From the NCBI GenBank assembly GCA_965261595.1, contig CBDHDG010000005.1:128001-192000 (forward strand): DNA of 64,000 nt, in the 5' to 3' direction. This document shows, in pieces, positions 8,775 through 19,145 of the stretch. This DNA comes from a bacterium (GTDB lineage: Bacteria > UBA8248 > JACPRG01 > G963555815). The first letter of the stretch is position 1. The number at the start of each line of letters is the position of its first letter. The notes under the pieces are model-generated. The model saw only the letters and a program-made list of their open reading frames with translations, searched no databases and had not been told where the DNA came from. Position numbers and translations under genes: made by a program.

Positions 8775-8905
8775 AGTTGAGTTAAACTCAGCCATCCAGA
8801 AAACCCCGCTCTTGAGAAGATTTTCCAAAATGGCCAAGTGACTAAAGCAAAAAGCCCAAAAATCACAACCAAGATCAGCAGTTCCTGCAGTCCAAGTCCA
8901 AACAT
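8775..8905 (-). pseudogene. Small membrane protein truncated by IS3
   Basis: MFGLGLQELLIL...FWKIFSRAGFSGWLSL; AAGGAG RBS; runs into the IS end. Confidence 0.7.
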
Positions 8906-8936
8906 GTTTTTCTCCTTCTCAACTGTACGATATCTA

Positions 8937-9719
8937 TCAAACGAAAACATCCCCACCGTTCACCAGCAGGGTCTGGCCCGTCATGAACGCGCTGGCGTCG
9001 GAGGCCAGGAAAACGACAGTCCCGACCAGGTCCTCGGGCTGTTGATGGCGCTTCAGGGAGCGTGTCCCGACGATCCGCGCCTCCATCTTATTCCACCACT
9101 CCGCCTTGTCCGGGTCCTCCGTCAGTCTCCGGTTCCCCTCGCTCATCGTGAAGCCGGGCGCGACGGCGTTCACCCGGATGTCGGACTCCCCCAGCTCGCG
9201 CGCCGCCGCGCGCGTCATCCCGATGACGGCGCCCTTGGAGGCCACATAGTGAAGGAAGCCGGGGACCCCCTTGTGCACCGTGTCCGAGGCGAAGTTGATG
9301 ATGGAGCCGCCGCCGGCTTTCCGCATGGCCGGCGCGGCGGCCTTCATCCCGAGGAACACGCCCCGGACGTTGACGGCCATCACCCGGTCCCACTCCTCGA
9401 TGGGGATGTCTTCGAGGGACTGGTCTCTCTTGAGGTTCGCGAAGAGCGCGGCGTTGTTCACCCAGACATCGATCCGGCCGAATTCCGCCGCGACGCCTTC
9501 CGCCAGGGCTTTGACGGCGGATTCCTCCGCGACGTCCGTCTCGAAGGCCCGGGCGTTCCCGCCCGCGGCCGCGATCTCCTCCGCCGCCGGGGCCGCGTCC
9601 TGAACGTCGGCCAGGGCCACGTCCGCCCCCGCCCGCGCCAGCCCCGCCGCAACGACCTTGCCGATCCCCTGGGCCGCCCCCGTGACGACGGCCACCCGGC
9701 CTTTCAGATCCGCCTCCAT
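8937..9719 (-). CDS. SDR-family oxidoreductase
   Basis: TGAAQGIG, VNNA, YVASK. Confidence 0.95.
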   Translation of the reverse strand: MEADLKGRVAVVTGAAQGIGKVVAAGLARAGADVALADVQDAAPAAEEIAAAGGNARAFETDVAEESAVKALAEGVAAEFGRIDVWVNNAALFANLKRDQSLEDIPIEEWDRVMAVNVRGVFLGMKAAAPAMRKAGGGSIINFASDTVHKGVPGFLHYVASKGAVIGMTRAAARELGESDIRVNAVAPGFTMSEGNRRLTEDPDKAEWWNKMEARIVGTRSLKRHQQPEDLVGTVVFLASDASAFMTGQTLLVNGGDVFV

Positions 9720-10032
9720 GTCTCGCCCACCTTTCTCGCGTTACGTCGAAGGTGTTTCCTGTTCAGCGACGGACCCGCGGCCGGCCGGTCCCGATAGGGC
9801 GGCCTCCGGCAATCCGAAACGAAATAAAGACGCATTCTAAGGAATGCGTGAGGCTAGTCCCGTGCGAACCGAGGGATCTCTCAAGCTTGGTTTTCCGCGC
9901 GGAAAAGACGGTGAGGGCGTCGACTTCCCGTTCCTTCCGGGTCTTCCCGCGAATGGGCCAGTCCTTCAGCCCGCCCAGGGGGTCCCCCGACCCGAGGGGT
10001 CATCCAACCCGAGGGGTCAACCGACCCGCGCC

Positions 10033-11478
10033 TCAACCCGCCCACCGCTTGAAATCCTCGGGACTCAGGTACTCTTCGAGGGGCGTCTCCTGGAAACGGG
10101 CGCGCATGAAGAGCGGCGGGACGCCTTCCTGCTCGATGGTCTTGTACTTCCAGGGGATGGTGGCGTCGGTGATCATCTTGGCCTTGACGACCGAGTCCCC
10201 CGGAATGAGCGAGCGCACGCCCGCGATGGGGTTGTTCCGGTGGGTCTTGGCCTCGGGCAGGATGTGGACCTGCTCCTTGGGGTTGCACCGGGTGGTGACG
10301 GCCCAGTCGATGGCGTCCATGTCGTAGATGTCCACGTCCTCGTCCACCAGCGTGAGGCTCTCCAGATACACCGAGAACCCGAACGCCGCCAGGGCCACCT
10401 GGATCTGCTGGCCCTCCCGGTCCGGGGTGTCCTTTTTGAGCTGGAGGATGCCGTGGTGCCAGTGGGCCGAGCCGCGCGTGAGCGCAGCGTCCACGACGAA
10501 CGTGGGCTCGATGGCCTTGACGTACTGGTAGAAGGCCACGTCGTTGGAGATGCGGATGTTGTAGTTCTCTTTCGTCCCGGGGACGATGTTGTAGCTCATG
10601 GGCTGGGCGCAGTGCGTGACGCCGGTGATCCGGAAGATGGGCTTCCGCTGGGGGATGCTCAGGTATTTCAAGAATTCCGGCCAGGGCCCCTCCCATTCCT
10701 CGTCGTAAGGCGGCTCGACGACGCCCTCGATGACGATGTTCGCCGACGCCGGGACCTCCAGGTCCACGGTCTTGCACTTGACCAGCTCGACGGGCTCGCC
10801 CTTCAGGACCCCCGCCAGGGCGAATTCCTCCCGGCCGAAGGGGAGTTTGGTCACCCCGGAAAGGTAGATCTCGGCGTCCATGCCGAAGATGAGCGCCACG
10901 GGGAAGGGCGCGTTCCGCTCCTTGGCCTTCCGGAAGTGCATCCCGATGTGGGCCTCGGGCCGGATGTTGATGACCGTGCGGTTGTCATCGAGGAGCATGT
11001 TCCGGTACACGCCCATGTTCCGCGTGCCGGTTTCCGGATCCTTGGTGATGACGGCGGCCTGGAAGTACTTCCCCCCGTCATCGAGCGACGCCTGGATGGA
11101 AGGGACAAAGCTCAGGGCGTCGAACCCTTCGGTGTGGACGACCTCCTGGCAGGGGCCGTCGGAGACCACGACGGGGTCCACCTGCTTTTCCATCGCGGCC
11201 AGGAAGGCGCGCTTGAACGCGATGTCCTCCTCCGGCATGCCCAGGAGCCGCTTGACCCGGGAGCGCTCGCTGAACAGCGTCCCCCCGACGGGCATCGTGT
11301 ATCCCTTGACGTTTTGAAACAGGACCGCCGGGGTGTACCGGAGCTGGTCCAGCTTCATGAAGATCCCGGCGACCTCGTGGACGCTGTCCACCTCGCGCTC
11401 GATAACGACGACCTCGCCCTCGTCGATCATCCGCTGAAAGGTCGCCCCGATGCCGACGGCTGTCTGGATTTGTGTCAT
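10033..11478 (-). CDS. UbiD-family (prFMN) decarboxylase
   Basis: NMGVYR, LVKCKTVDLEVPA, EGPWPEF, VDEDVDI. Confidence 0.92.
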   Translation of the reverse strand: MTQIQTAVGIGATFQRMIDEGEVVVIEREVDSVHEVAGIFMKLDQLRYTPAVLFQNVKGYTMPVGGTLFSERSRVKRLLGMPEEDIAFKRAFLAAMEKQVDPVVVSDGPCQEVVHTEGFDALSFVPSIQASLDDGGKYFQAAVITKDPETGTRNMGVYRNMLLDDNRTVINIRPEAHIGMHFRKAKERNAPFPVALIFGMDAEIYLSGVTKLPFGREEFALAGVLKGEPVELVKCKTVDLEVPASANIVIEGVVEPPYDEEWEGPWPEFLKYLSIPQRKPIFRITGVTHCAQPMSYNIVPGTKENYNIRISNDVAFYQYVKAIEPTFVVDAALTRGSAHWHHGILQLKKDTPDREGQQIQVALAAFGFSVYLESLTLVDEDVDIYDMDAIDWAVTTRCNPKEQVHILPEAKTHRNNPIAGVRSLIPGDSVVKAKMITDATIPWKYKTIEQEGVPPLFMRARFQETPLEEYLSPEDFKRWAG

Positions 11479-11942
11479 CCTCTTTCACTCCGAACACGGA
11501 AGAACAAGAAACCCTGCGGCCGGACGCGCTATCGTCCAATCCTTCCCTCCGCCCGCCGGGTGAAGGGTAATGACCGACAGGCCGAAAACACTTTCTACAC
11601 ACAAAACGGCACGACACCCTTGACAGGGTCTACCTTGTCCCGTGCATGTGATTGCTGTATCATAAAAGGTGCACTCTCAAGAGAGTCAACGGCGAAGGAG
11701 CGACCCTTCCCGCCAGGTGTCCCTCTCTTGCGGCGGCCCGGACCGGGGCCGCGGGCCGCAGGCGTCCGCCAAGGCCTTTGCTCACTTCCCGGCGAGGCGT
11801 TATGGCTCCTGAGAATCCACACATCAAGTCGCCCCTCCCATGGGAAGACGTGTTCACGAACGAGTTTCTATAAGGCATCAAGCTCCCCACCCAGTCCTCC
11901 CAGGGAGGGCGCAACAGGCCAAGCGTCCCGGAATGGAGTCGA

Positions 11943-12875
11943 ATGAATGAGATCCGGAAGGTCGCCGTCATCGGCGCGGGGACCATGGGTAACGGCATCG
12001 CCCTGTGGTTCGCCAAGGCCGGCTTGGGCGTGAGCTTTCGGGACGTGGATCATGAGTTTCTGGACCAGGCCCGGAAGACGCAGGATGAGACCTTGAAGGC
12101 CCTATCGGCCGCGGGCGCCGTGGCCGAGGGGGAAGAAGAAGCCATCCGGGGTCGCATCCGGGGGACGACGGACATGGCCGAGGCCCTGGAGGGAGTGGAT
12201 TTCGTTCTGGAGGCCGTCCCGGAAGCGCTCGAGCTCAAGCGTTCCGTCTTCGCTGAGCTGGAAATGGTGGCTCCGCCCGGGATTCCGCTGGCCTCCAATA
12301 CCTCGGGGATCAGCATCTCCCTCATCGCCGAGGGCGTCAAGGACCCCTCCCGCGTCGTCGGCATGCACTGGTGGAACCCGCCCCACGTGGTCCGGGTCAT
12401 CGAGGTCATCCGGGGTCGGGGGACGTCTGACGCCACCGTGGAGGCCACCCAAGCGCTGGTGGAGCAAATCGGCAAGAAGCCGGTCCTGGTCAAGAAGGAC
12501 GTGCCGGGATTCCTGGGGAACCGCATCCTGTACGCCCTGCTTCGGGAGGCCATGTACTGTTACGAACAGGGGGTGGCGGACGCGAAGGATATCGACCTCC
12601 TGGTGAGCGAGGCCTTCGCCTCGAAGCTCGCCTTCATGGGACCGATGGCCCTGTTGGACTTGGCGGGTCTCGACGTTTACCACAATGTGTCCCAGTACCT
12701 TCACGAGGGTCTTTGCGACGCAAAGGAGGTCAGCCGGACCATCGCGGAGAAGCTCGCTCGCAACGAGTTGGGTCTGAAAACGAAGAAAGGGTTTTACGAT
12801 TACTCTGACGTGGACATCCCAGAACTGATGCGGAAGAGGTCGGCCCAGATGGAGGCGCTCCTCAACCTCATGTGA
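11943..12875 (+). CDS. 3-hydroxyacyl-CoA dehydrogenase family protein, FHMPC 5-dehydrogenase-like
   Basis: GAGTMG, EAVPE, SNTS, GMHWWNPPH, KKDVPGF-NR-LYALLREA, GPMALLDLAGLD. Confidence 0.9.
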   Translation: MNEIRKVAVIGAGTMGNGIALWFAKAGLGVSFRDVDHEFLDQARKTQDETLKALSAAGAVAEGEEEAIRGRIRGTTDMAEALEGVDFVLEAVPEALELKRSVFAELEMVAPPGIPLASNTSGISISLIAEGVKDPSRVVGMHWWNPPHVVRVIEVIRGRGTSDATVEATQALVEQIGKKPVLVKKDVPGFLGNRILYALLREAMYCYEQGVADAKDIDLLVSEAFASKLAFMGPMALLDLAGLDVYHNVSQYLHEGLCDAKEVSRTIAEKLARNELGLKTKKGFYDYSDVDIPELMRKRSAQMEALLNLM

Positions 12876-12922
12876 GACGGGATATCCCCGGAATCAGGCG
12901 CGCAGAATGGCCGAACCTCAAA

Positions 12923-13774
12923 ATGGAACCGCAGACGGCTTTGATTAAAGAAGACCGGGCGACGGAATCCCACCGCGGAGAGGCCTCCTCCCGAAGCGGG
13001 ATCATCGAGCTGGAAGACGTCACCGTCACCTACGAGGCCCAACGAGGGAAGCCCTATACCGCGGTGGAGGACATCCATCTGCACGTCCACGAGAGGGAGT
13101 TCGTCTCGCTCATCGGCCCTTCCGGGTGCGGGAAGAGCACGCTGCTCAAGGTGATCACGGGCCTTCTGGACCCCTCGGAGGGGAAAGTGACCATCGAAGA
13201 AGGAAGCCCCCACGAGGCCAGGAGACGGCGGCTTTTCGGGATCGTCTTCCAGGAGCCCACCCTCCTGCCCTGGCGGGACGTCCGCCGGAACGCGGGGTTT
13301 CTGGTGGAGCTGGCGGGGGCCATGGGCTCGGATGCGAAGTTCGGCGACCCCGAGGATCTCCTGCGGATGGTGGGGCTGGAGGGTTTTCACCACAACTACC
13401 CCCGGGAGCTTTCGGGAGGGATGAAGCAGCGGGTGGCCATCGCCCGCGCCCTGTCCATCGACCCGTCCATCCTGATGATGGACGAGCCTTTCGGCGCCCT
13501 GGACGCCATGACCCGGGACAACATGAACGAGGAGCTGTTGCGCATCTGGCGGCAGACGCAAAAGACCGTCGTGTTCATCACCCACAGCATCCGGGAATCG
13601 GTCTATCTGTCGGACGCCGTCTACGTCATGGCGGGCAAGCCGGGCCGGGTGGTCGAACGGGTGAAGATCGACCTGCCGCGTCCACGACGCCTTGAGCAGC
13701 AGACGACGCCGGAGTTTCAGCGGCATCTCGACATGCTGCGGGAGCTTCTGGAGAGGGGGGAGGGGGCAAGGTGA
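12923..13774 (+). CDS. NitT/TauT-family ABC ATPase
   Basis: GPSGCGKST, LSGGMKQR, MMDEPFGALD. Confidence 0.95.
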   Translation: MEPQTALIKEDRATESHRGEASSRSGIIELEDVTVTYEAQRGKPYTAVEDIHLHVHEREFVSLIGPSGCGKSTLLKVITGLLDPSEGKVTIEEGSPHEARRRRLFGIVFQEPTLLPWRDVRRNAGFLVELAGAMGSDAKFGDPEDLLRMVGLEGFHHNYPRELSGGMKQRVAIARALSIDPSILMMDEPFGALDAMTRDNMNEELLRIWRQTQKTVVFITHSIRESVYLSDAVYVMAGKPGRVVERVKIDLPRPRRLEQQTTPEFQRHLDMLRELLERGEGAR

Positions 13775-14553
13775 ACCGGGGGAAAGACATCATTCGGCGG
13801 TTCTGGCCGACGGCCGTGACGGTGGTGGTCCTCATGGCGCTGTGGGAGGCGGCCATTCGCTTCTTTCAGGTGCCCGCCTGGTTCATTCCGACACCCTCGG
13901 CCATCTTCAAGGATCTGATCATCTACGAGGGGTTCTACGAGGATGCCTGGATCACCACACAGGAGATCCTCCTGGGGGTCGTCATCGGCGACATCCTGGC
14001 GGTGGGGATCGCCGTCGCGGTAGTCTCCTCCCGATTTGTGCAGCGGACCCTTTACCCCATCGTGATCTTCTTCCAGAACATTCCCAAGATCACCCTGGCG
14101 CCCATCATGCTCCTGTGGTTCGGGCTGGGACTGGGAACGAAGGTGGCGATCGTGATCCTGATCTCGTTCTTCCCGGTGATCATCAACACCATCTACGGCT
14201 TGCAATCCGTGGACCCCAACCTCATCGACCTGGCCCGATCGGTGGCGGTCTCCCGGTGGGTGATCCTCCGGAAGATCCAGATCCCCCACGCCCTCCCCTA
14301 CATGTTCGAGGGGTTCAAGATCGCCATGACGTTCGCGGTCATCGGGGCCTTCGTGGCCGAGTGGATCTCCGGGAGCAACGGGCTGGGGTACCAAATCCGG
14401 GTGGCCTCCTCCGACATGGAGTCCGCGACGCTGTTCGCCGCCGTGGCCGTGATCTCGGTCATCGGCGTGATCCTGTACTACCTGGTTTCGTTGGCGGGCC
14501 GAAGGCTATTCCCGTGGCACGAGGCGGCCCGGGAAAGCGGCCCGCTGGTCTGA
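13771..14553 (+). CDS. NitT/TauT-family ABC permease
   Basis: Six hydrophobic segments; IPKITLAP, AEWISGSNGLG. Confidence 0.95.
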   Translation: MNRGKDIIRRFWPTAVTVVVLMALWEAAIRFFQVPAWFIPTPSAIFKDLIIYEGFYEDAWITTQEILLGVVIGDILAVGIAVAVVSSRFVQRTLYPIVIFFQNIPKITLAPIMLLWFGLGLGTKVAIVILISFFPVIINTIYGLQSVDPNLIDLARSVAVSRWVILRKIQIPHALPYMFEGFKIAMTFAVIGAFVAEWISGSNGLGYQIRVASSDMESATLFAAVAVISVIGVILYYLVSLAGRRLFPWHEAARESGPLV

Positions 14554-14577
14554 CGGACGGTTCAAGGAGGGTGTGAC

Positions 14578-15576
14578 ATGAGCAACGGAAGGTGGATGCG
14601 GTTCGGATGGTCGGCCATGGCGGTGGCGGCCCTGCTGTTCCTGGCCGGCTCGGCGGCGGCCGAGAAGGTCAAAGTACGCCTGGACTGGGTGTTTCGCGGC
14701 AACCACGCCATGTTCCACGTGGCCAAGGACAAGGGCTACTTCAAACAGAACGGCATCGACCTGACCAAGATCGACCCGGGCAACGGGTCGGTGCGCACCA
14801 TGAAGTTCGTGGGCGGCGGCCAGTACTCCTTCGGCTTCGGGGACCTGCCGACGCTCGCCACAGCCAAGAGCAAGGGGGTTCCCGTGACCTCCCTGGTGGT
14901 GGTGAACCAGCTCAGCCCGATGTCCTTCGTGACGCTGGCCGATTCGGGAATCAAGAAACCCAAGGACATCGAAGGCCGGAAGATGGGTGTCTTTCCCGGA
15001 GGCTCGACGCGGATCTTCTACCTGGCCTTCACCAAGATGTTGGGGATCGACCGGAAGAAAGTCACGGAGGTGGCCGTCAGCTTCCCCTATGAGAGCTATC
15101 TCCTGACCCGGAAGGTGGACGCCATTACGGGCTACCTAGACGCCGAGATCCCCATCCTCAAGGCGAAGGCCAAGATCCACGTCATGCAGGGCGCCAAGTA
15201 CGGCTACAAGGGTTACGGCAGCGGCGTGCTGGCCCGGGACGACGTGATCAAGAACAATCCGGACCTGGTGCGGCGCTTCACCAAGGCCTACATCCAGGGA
15301 TTCGTCTCCGTGATCAAGAACCCCGACGAGGCGGTCGAGATCCTGGCCCGGTACCAGAAGAAGGCCCCCAAGAAGGTCTGGCGGGCCCAGCTCCAGGCCG
15401 ACATCGACTCCTCCTTCATGGACGAGATCACCAAGGCCCACGGCCTGGGGTGGCAGACCGGCGAGCGGTGGAAGGTGACCCAGCAGATCCTGGTGGACCA
15501 GGGCATCATCAAGAATCCGGTTTCGGTGGGGACCCTCTTCACCAACGACTTCCTGAAGGATTCGCCGAAGATGTAG
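14578..15576 (+). CDS. NMT1/THI5-like ABC substrate-binding protein
   Basis: Signal peptide; LDW...H..FHVAKDKGYF; IKKPKDIEG. Confidence 0.92.
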   Translation: MSNGRWMRFGWSAMAVAALLFLAGSAAAEKVKVRLDWVFRGNHAMFHVAKDKGYFKQNGIDLTKIDPGNGSVRTMKFVGGGQYSFGFGDLPTLATAKSKGVPVTSLVVVNQLSPMSFVTLADSGIKKPKDIEGRKMGVFPGGSTRIFYLAFTKMLGIDRKKVTEVAVSFPYESYLLTRKVDAITGYLDAEIPILKAKAKIHVMQGAKYGYKGYGSGVLARDDVIKNNPDLVRRFTKAYIQGFVSVIKNPDEAVEILARYQKKAPKKVWRAQLQADIDSSFMDEITKAHGLGWQTGERWKVTQQILVDQGIIKNPVSVGTLFTNDFLKDSPKM

Positions 15577-15724
15577 CGAGGCGCAGGCGGGGACTCCTCG
15601 TTCTCAGGTCGGCTCCGGCGGTTTGCGGACCTCCGGGCGCGGGGGGGGGGGGGGTCGACCGGGGATCTACGTCCCCGACAATCAGCGACTCCGCGGGCGG
15701 GTTCGCAGAATGGGTTTGTGTTCA

Positions 15725-17185
15725 ATGCCATATGAAGACCTGCGACACTTCATCCGCGACCTGGAGGAGTATAACCTCTTCCGATGGGTCGACGCGGAAG
15801 TGGATAAGGACTGGGAGATCAGCGCCGTCACCCGGACGTATTTCCGGCGGGTTCCCAAAGAGACGCGCGGCGCACTGGGCTTCCGCAACATCAAGGGATG
15901 GCCGGGCCACCGTCTGGTGGTGGGAACGGTCGGCGGTGGTGTGGAGGTCTATCACCGGGCCCTGGGAATCGAAGGGGGGGGCTTCGACGCCGTCAACCGC
16001 AAATGGCGCGAGGCCCTGACCCGCCCCATCCCCGCCGTGCTGACGGACGGGGACGCTCCCTGCCAGGAAGTCGTCAGGATGGGAGAGGAGGCCGACCTCC
16101 ATCGCTTCCCCATTCCCACCTGGACCCCGGAGAAGGACCCCGGCCCTTTCCTGACCTCGCCCTGCCTGGTGACGAAGGACCGGGGGACGGGGGTGGTGAA
16201 CGTGGGCGTTTACCGGTTGGAGGTCAAGGGACCTCGAAAGACCGGGGTCTTGTGGGACCTTCCGAGCCAGCACGGAGCGGTCCATTTCGCCGCGTATGAA
16301 GCGGCGAGCGAGCCCATGCCCATGGCCGTCGTTCTGGGCGTGGAGCCGACGATCCTGATGGGCGCTGTGGCGAAGGCCCCCATGGGGTTTGACGAGTTCG
16401 CCATCGCGGGGGGGCTGCGGGGCGCTGCGGTGGAGCTGGTCAAGTGCAAGACCGTTGACCTGGAGGTTCCGGCCCGGGCCGAGATCATCCTCGAGGGTCA
16501 TGTCCCTCCCCACGTTCGGGAGCGGGAAGGTCCTTTCGGCGAGTACACCGGCTACATGGGCGGACCCTACGAGATGGCGGTGTTCGAGATCGACTGCATC
16601 ACGCACCGGAAGGATGCCCTCCACCAGGCGTTTTTCAGTCAGATGCCTCCGAGCGAATCGAGCCTGATCCGGGCCATCCCGGAGGAGGCGCACATCTACA
16701 AGCACTTGGCGCAGGACTTGCGGATTCCGGGCATCGTAGACGTCCACCTGCCCGAGGCCGGGGGAAGCTATTCGATCTGCTGGGTCCGGATGAAGCAGGC
16801 CTACCCCGGTCAGGCGCAGCAGGTCCTATCGGCCGCCTGGACGCACCACCCCGCCTTCGCCAAGTGGATCATCGTAACCGATGAGGACGTGGACATCCGC
16901 GACCCCTTCCAGCGGGAGTGGGCGCTGGCCTGGCGGGTTCAGCCCCATCGGGACCTCTTCACCATCCCAAATACCGCCCCCGTTCTGCTCGATCCCTCCG
17001 CGGGTCACCATGGAGAGGGCCTCTGGGAGAAGCGGGGCTCGAAGATCCTCATCGACGCCACCAAGCCCTGGCCCGATTTTCCCGATGTCTCCCTGCCACC
17101 CCAGAAATACTTGGACCGTGTGGCCGAAGAGTGGGAGAGGTACGGTCTCACCGACGCCTCCGAGCCCGCAGGAGAAAGCCCATGA
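15725..17185 (+). CDS. UbiD-family decarboxylase
   Basis: PYEDLRHFI, NVGVYR, EGPFGEYTGY, VTDEDVDI, KILIDATKP. Confidence 0.93.
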   Translation: MPYEDLRHFIRDLEEYNLFRWVDAEVDKDWEISAVTRTYFRRVPKETRGALGFRNIKGWPGHRLVVGTVGGGVEVYHRALGIEGGGFDAVNRKWREALTRPIPAVLTDGDAPCQEVVRMGEEADLHRFPIPTWTPEKDPGPFLTSPCLVTKDRGTGVVNVGVYRLEVKGPRKTGVLWDLPSQHGAVHFAAYEAASEPMPMAVVLGVEPTILMGAVAKAPMGFDEFAIAGGLRGAAVELVKCKTVDLEVPARAEIILEGHVPPHVREREGPFGEYTGYMGGPYEMAVFEIDCITHRKDALHQAFFSQMPPSESSLIRAIPEEAHIYKHLAQDLRIPGIVDVHLPEAGGSYSICWVRMKQAYPGQAQQVLSAAWTHHPAFAKWIIVTDEDVDIRDPFQREWALAWRVQPHRDLFTIPNTAPVLLDPSAGHHGEGLWEKRGSKILIDATKPWPDFPDVSLPPQKYLDRVAEEWERYGLTDASEPAGESP

Positions 17186-18180
17186 TTTCAGAAACCACGC
17201 TCATCAAAGGCGGACGGTTCATCGTCGAGACGTGCATGCACGTCGAATCGGGCGAGAAGGTCGTCATCCTCTACGACGAGGACCATGAGCGTCACGCCAA
17301 GGTGCTCTCGGGGCTCTGTTTCGCCCTCGGCGCCTTTCCCGCCCTGATCGACATGACGCCCTACGTCACCGCCGGCCAGGCCGACACCGGCTACCCCATG
17401 ACACCGCCCGATCACATCGCCCGGGCCATCGTGGACGCCGAGGTGACCCTCATTTACACGAACCTGGAATGGGCGAACCGCTTCGCTCACGTGCCCTGCG
17501 TCAAAGAGACAGTGGACGCCGACCACCGAATCGCGTCCATCGAAGAAGGGATGGACCGGTGGGTCCTCACCGATGAGGACCTCGCCACCGTCGCCAAACG
17601 GTGCGGCGACCTGGGAGCGCTCGCCAAAGGGGCCAAAAACATCCGGGTCACCTCCCCCGCGGGCACGGACATCCGCGTCTCCATCGAAGGCCGTCCGGCC
17701 CTGGTTCTCCCCCCCATCAAACAGAACGGGATCATGATGTCCCCCATCCCGCTCTGGACCGAAGTGGCCTGGGCGTGCGTCGAGGACAAAACCGAGGGAC
17801 GCATCGTGGTGGACGGCATTCAATTGGGGATCGGAATGCCGGGAACGCTCCCCCGCCCCATTGAATGGATCGTCAAGGACGGCCGGGCGGTCGAGATCAA
17901 CGGGGGGGCCGAGGCCGAGGCCCTCAAGAAGACCATCGCCGGGGTGAAGAACGTGGAGATCATCGGCGAAATCGGCGTGGGCATCAGCGACAAACCGCCC
18001 TTCGGCGGACCCTCGGAAAAGGGGAAGCTGGGCACCGCCCACTTCGCCCTCGGGGACAACTGTCATGCCTACCCGGGGGGGCGAAACGACTGCCGGCTCC
18101 ACCTCGATGGGTCGGTGCGCAACTGCACCTTCAGGGTGGACGATACGGTGGTCGTGGAGAACGGCGAATGGAAGCTCTAG
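17182..18180 (+). CDS. Peptidase M29-fold metalloprotein (aminopeptidase T / NicX-like)
   Basis: GEKVVI, VTSPAGTD, EGRIVVDG, IGEIGVG, GTAHFALGDN, LHLDG. Confidence 0.85.
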   Translation: MISETTLIKGGRFIVETCMHVESGEKVVILYDEDHERHAKVLSGLCFALGAFPALIDMTPYVTAGQADTGYPMTPPDHIARAIVDAEVTLIYTNLEWANRFAHVPCVKETVDADHRIASIEEGMDRWVLTDEDLATVAKRCGDLGALAKGAKNIRVTSPAGTDIRVSIEGRPALVLPPIKQNGIMMSPIPLWTEVAWACVEDKTEGRIVVDGIQLGIGMPGTLPRPIEWIVKDGRAVEINGGAEAEALKKTIAGVKNVEIIGEIGVGISDKPPFGGPSEKGKLGTAHFALGDNCHAYPGGRNDCRLHLDGSVRNCTFRVDDTVVVENGEWKL

Positions 18181-18227
18181 GCCTGTCTGGCCCAAAGTAT
18201 CGCTCCCGGCCTGAACGAGGTTAGAGA

Positions 18228-19145
18228 ATGGCGGTGAAACCCTTTGAATATCACTCGCCGGAGTCGGTCGAGGAGGCCCTGGGCCTTCTGGAGCGGTACG
18301 GAGAGGACGCGAAGCTTTACGCGGGGGGAACCTCTCTGCTCTTCCTGATGAAAGAGGGCCTGTTCTCGGCCGAGCAGGTCGTCAACCTCAAGCGCGTCTC
18401 CGGCCTGGATCGAATCGAGCTGGAATCGGAGATCGGCGGGAGCCGCGTCCACATCGGGGCGATGGCGACCCACCGGGCGCTCGAGTTCTCGGACTTGCTC
18501 AAGGACAAAATTCCCGTCATCCCGGAAATGGAATCCGATCTGGCGAATGTCCGGGTGCGGAACGTCGGGACACTGGGCGGGAGCCTGGCCTTCGCCGAGC
18601 CCCAGTCCGATCCCCCTTCCCTCCTCATGGCCCTGGGCGCGGAAGTGAGCGTTGCCGGGCCGCAAGGGGAGCGAGTCCTAGACCTGGATTCGCTCTACGT
18701 CGACTATTACGAAACCGCCCTCGACCCGCTGGAGATGATCACCCGAATCTCCATTCCCGTTCCGGCGGGGGAGGTGGGCTGCTCGTACCGGAAGTTCTGT
18801 CAGCGAACGGCTTCGGACAAGCCGACGGTCTGCGCGGCGGTCCGCCTCGCGCTGAAGGCCGGCGTCGTGGATGAGGTGAGCATCGTCCTCGGGGCCGTCG
18901 CCCCGACGCCCGTCCGGGCGAAGCGGGCCGAGGAATGCGTCCGGGGAGTCCGTCCGGAAAACGGGGGCTTTTCGGCCGAGCTGCTGGAAACGGCCGCCCA
19001 AGCGGCGGGGGAAGAGATCAATCCCCAAACCGACATCTACGGCTCGGATTGGTACAAGCGCGACGTCGCCCGGGCCCTGTTGAAACAAGGCCTGGCCGAG
19101 GCCATGGCCATGGCGGCCCGGCCCTCGGAGAAGGAAAGCCCATGA
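18228..19145 (+). CDS. Mo hydroxylase FAD subunit (CoxM/XdhB-like)
   Basis: FEYHSP, AGGTSL, VRNVGTLGG. Confidence 0.93.
   Translation: MAVKPFEYHSPESVEEALGLLERYGEDAKLYAGGTSLLFLMKEGLFSAEQVVNLKRVSGLDRIELESEIGGSRVHIGAMATHRALEFSDLLKDKIPVIPEMESDLANVRVRNVGTLGGSLAFAEPQSDPPSLLMALGAEVSVAGPQGERVLDLDSLYVDYYETALDPLEMITRISIPVPAGEVGCSYRKFCQRTASDKPTVCAAVRLALKAGVVDEVSIVLGAVAPTPVRAKRAEECVRGVRPENGGFSAELLETAAQAAGEEINPQTDIYGSDWYKRDVARALLKQGLAEAMAMAARPSEKESP

Noticed and set aside
9844..11946. 700-aa plus-strand ORF and similar long antisense ORFs (e.g. 20265-22121, 60882-63800, 7415-8710)
   Set aside because: Shadow frames of real GC-rich genes, with no recognisable motifs
15641..15654. G14 run (and C14 run at 57942-57955) as phase-variation tracts
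   Set aside because: Intergenic with no evident promoter link; homopolymer length is unreliable without reads
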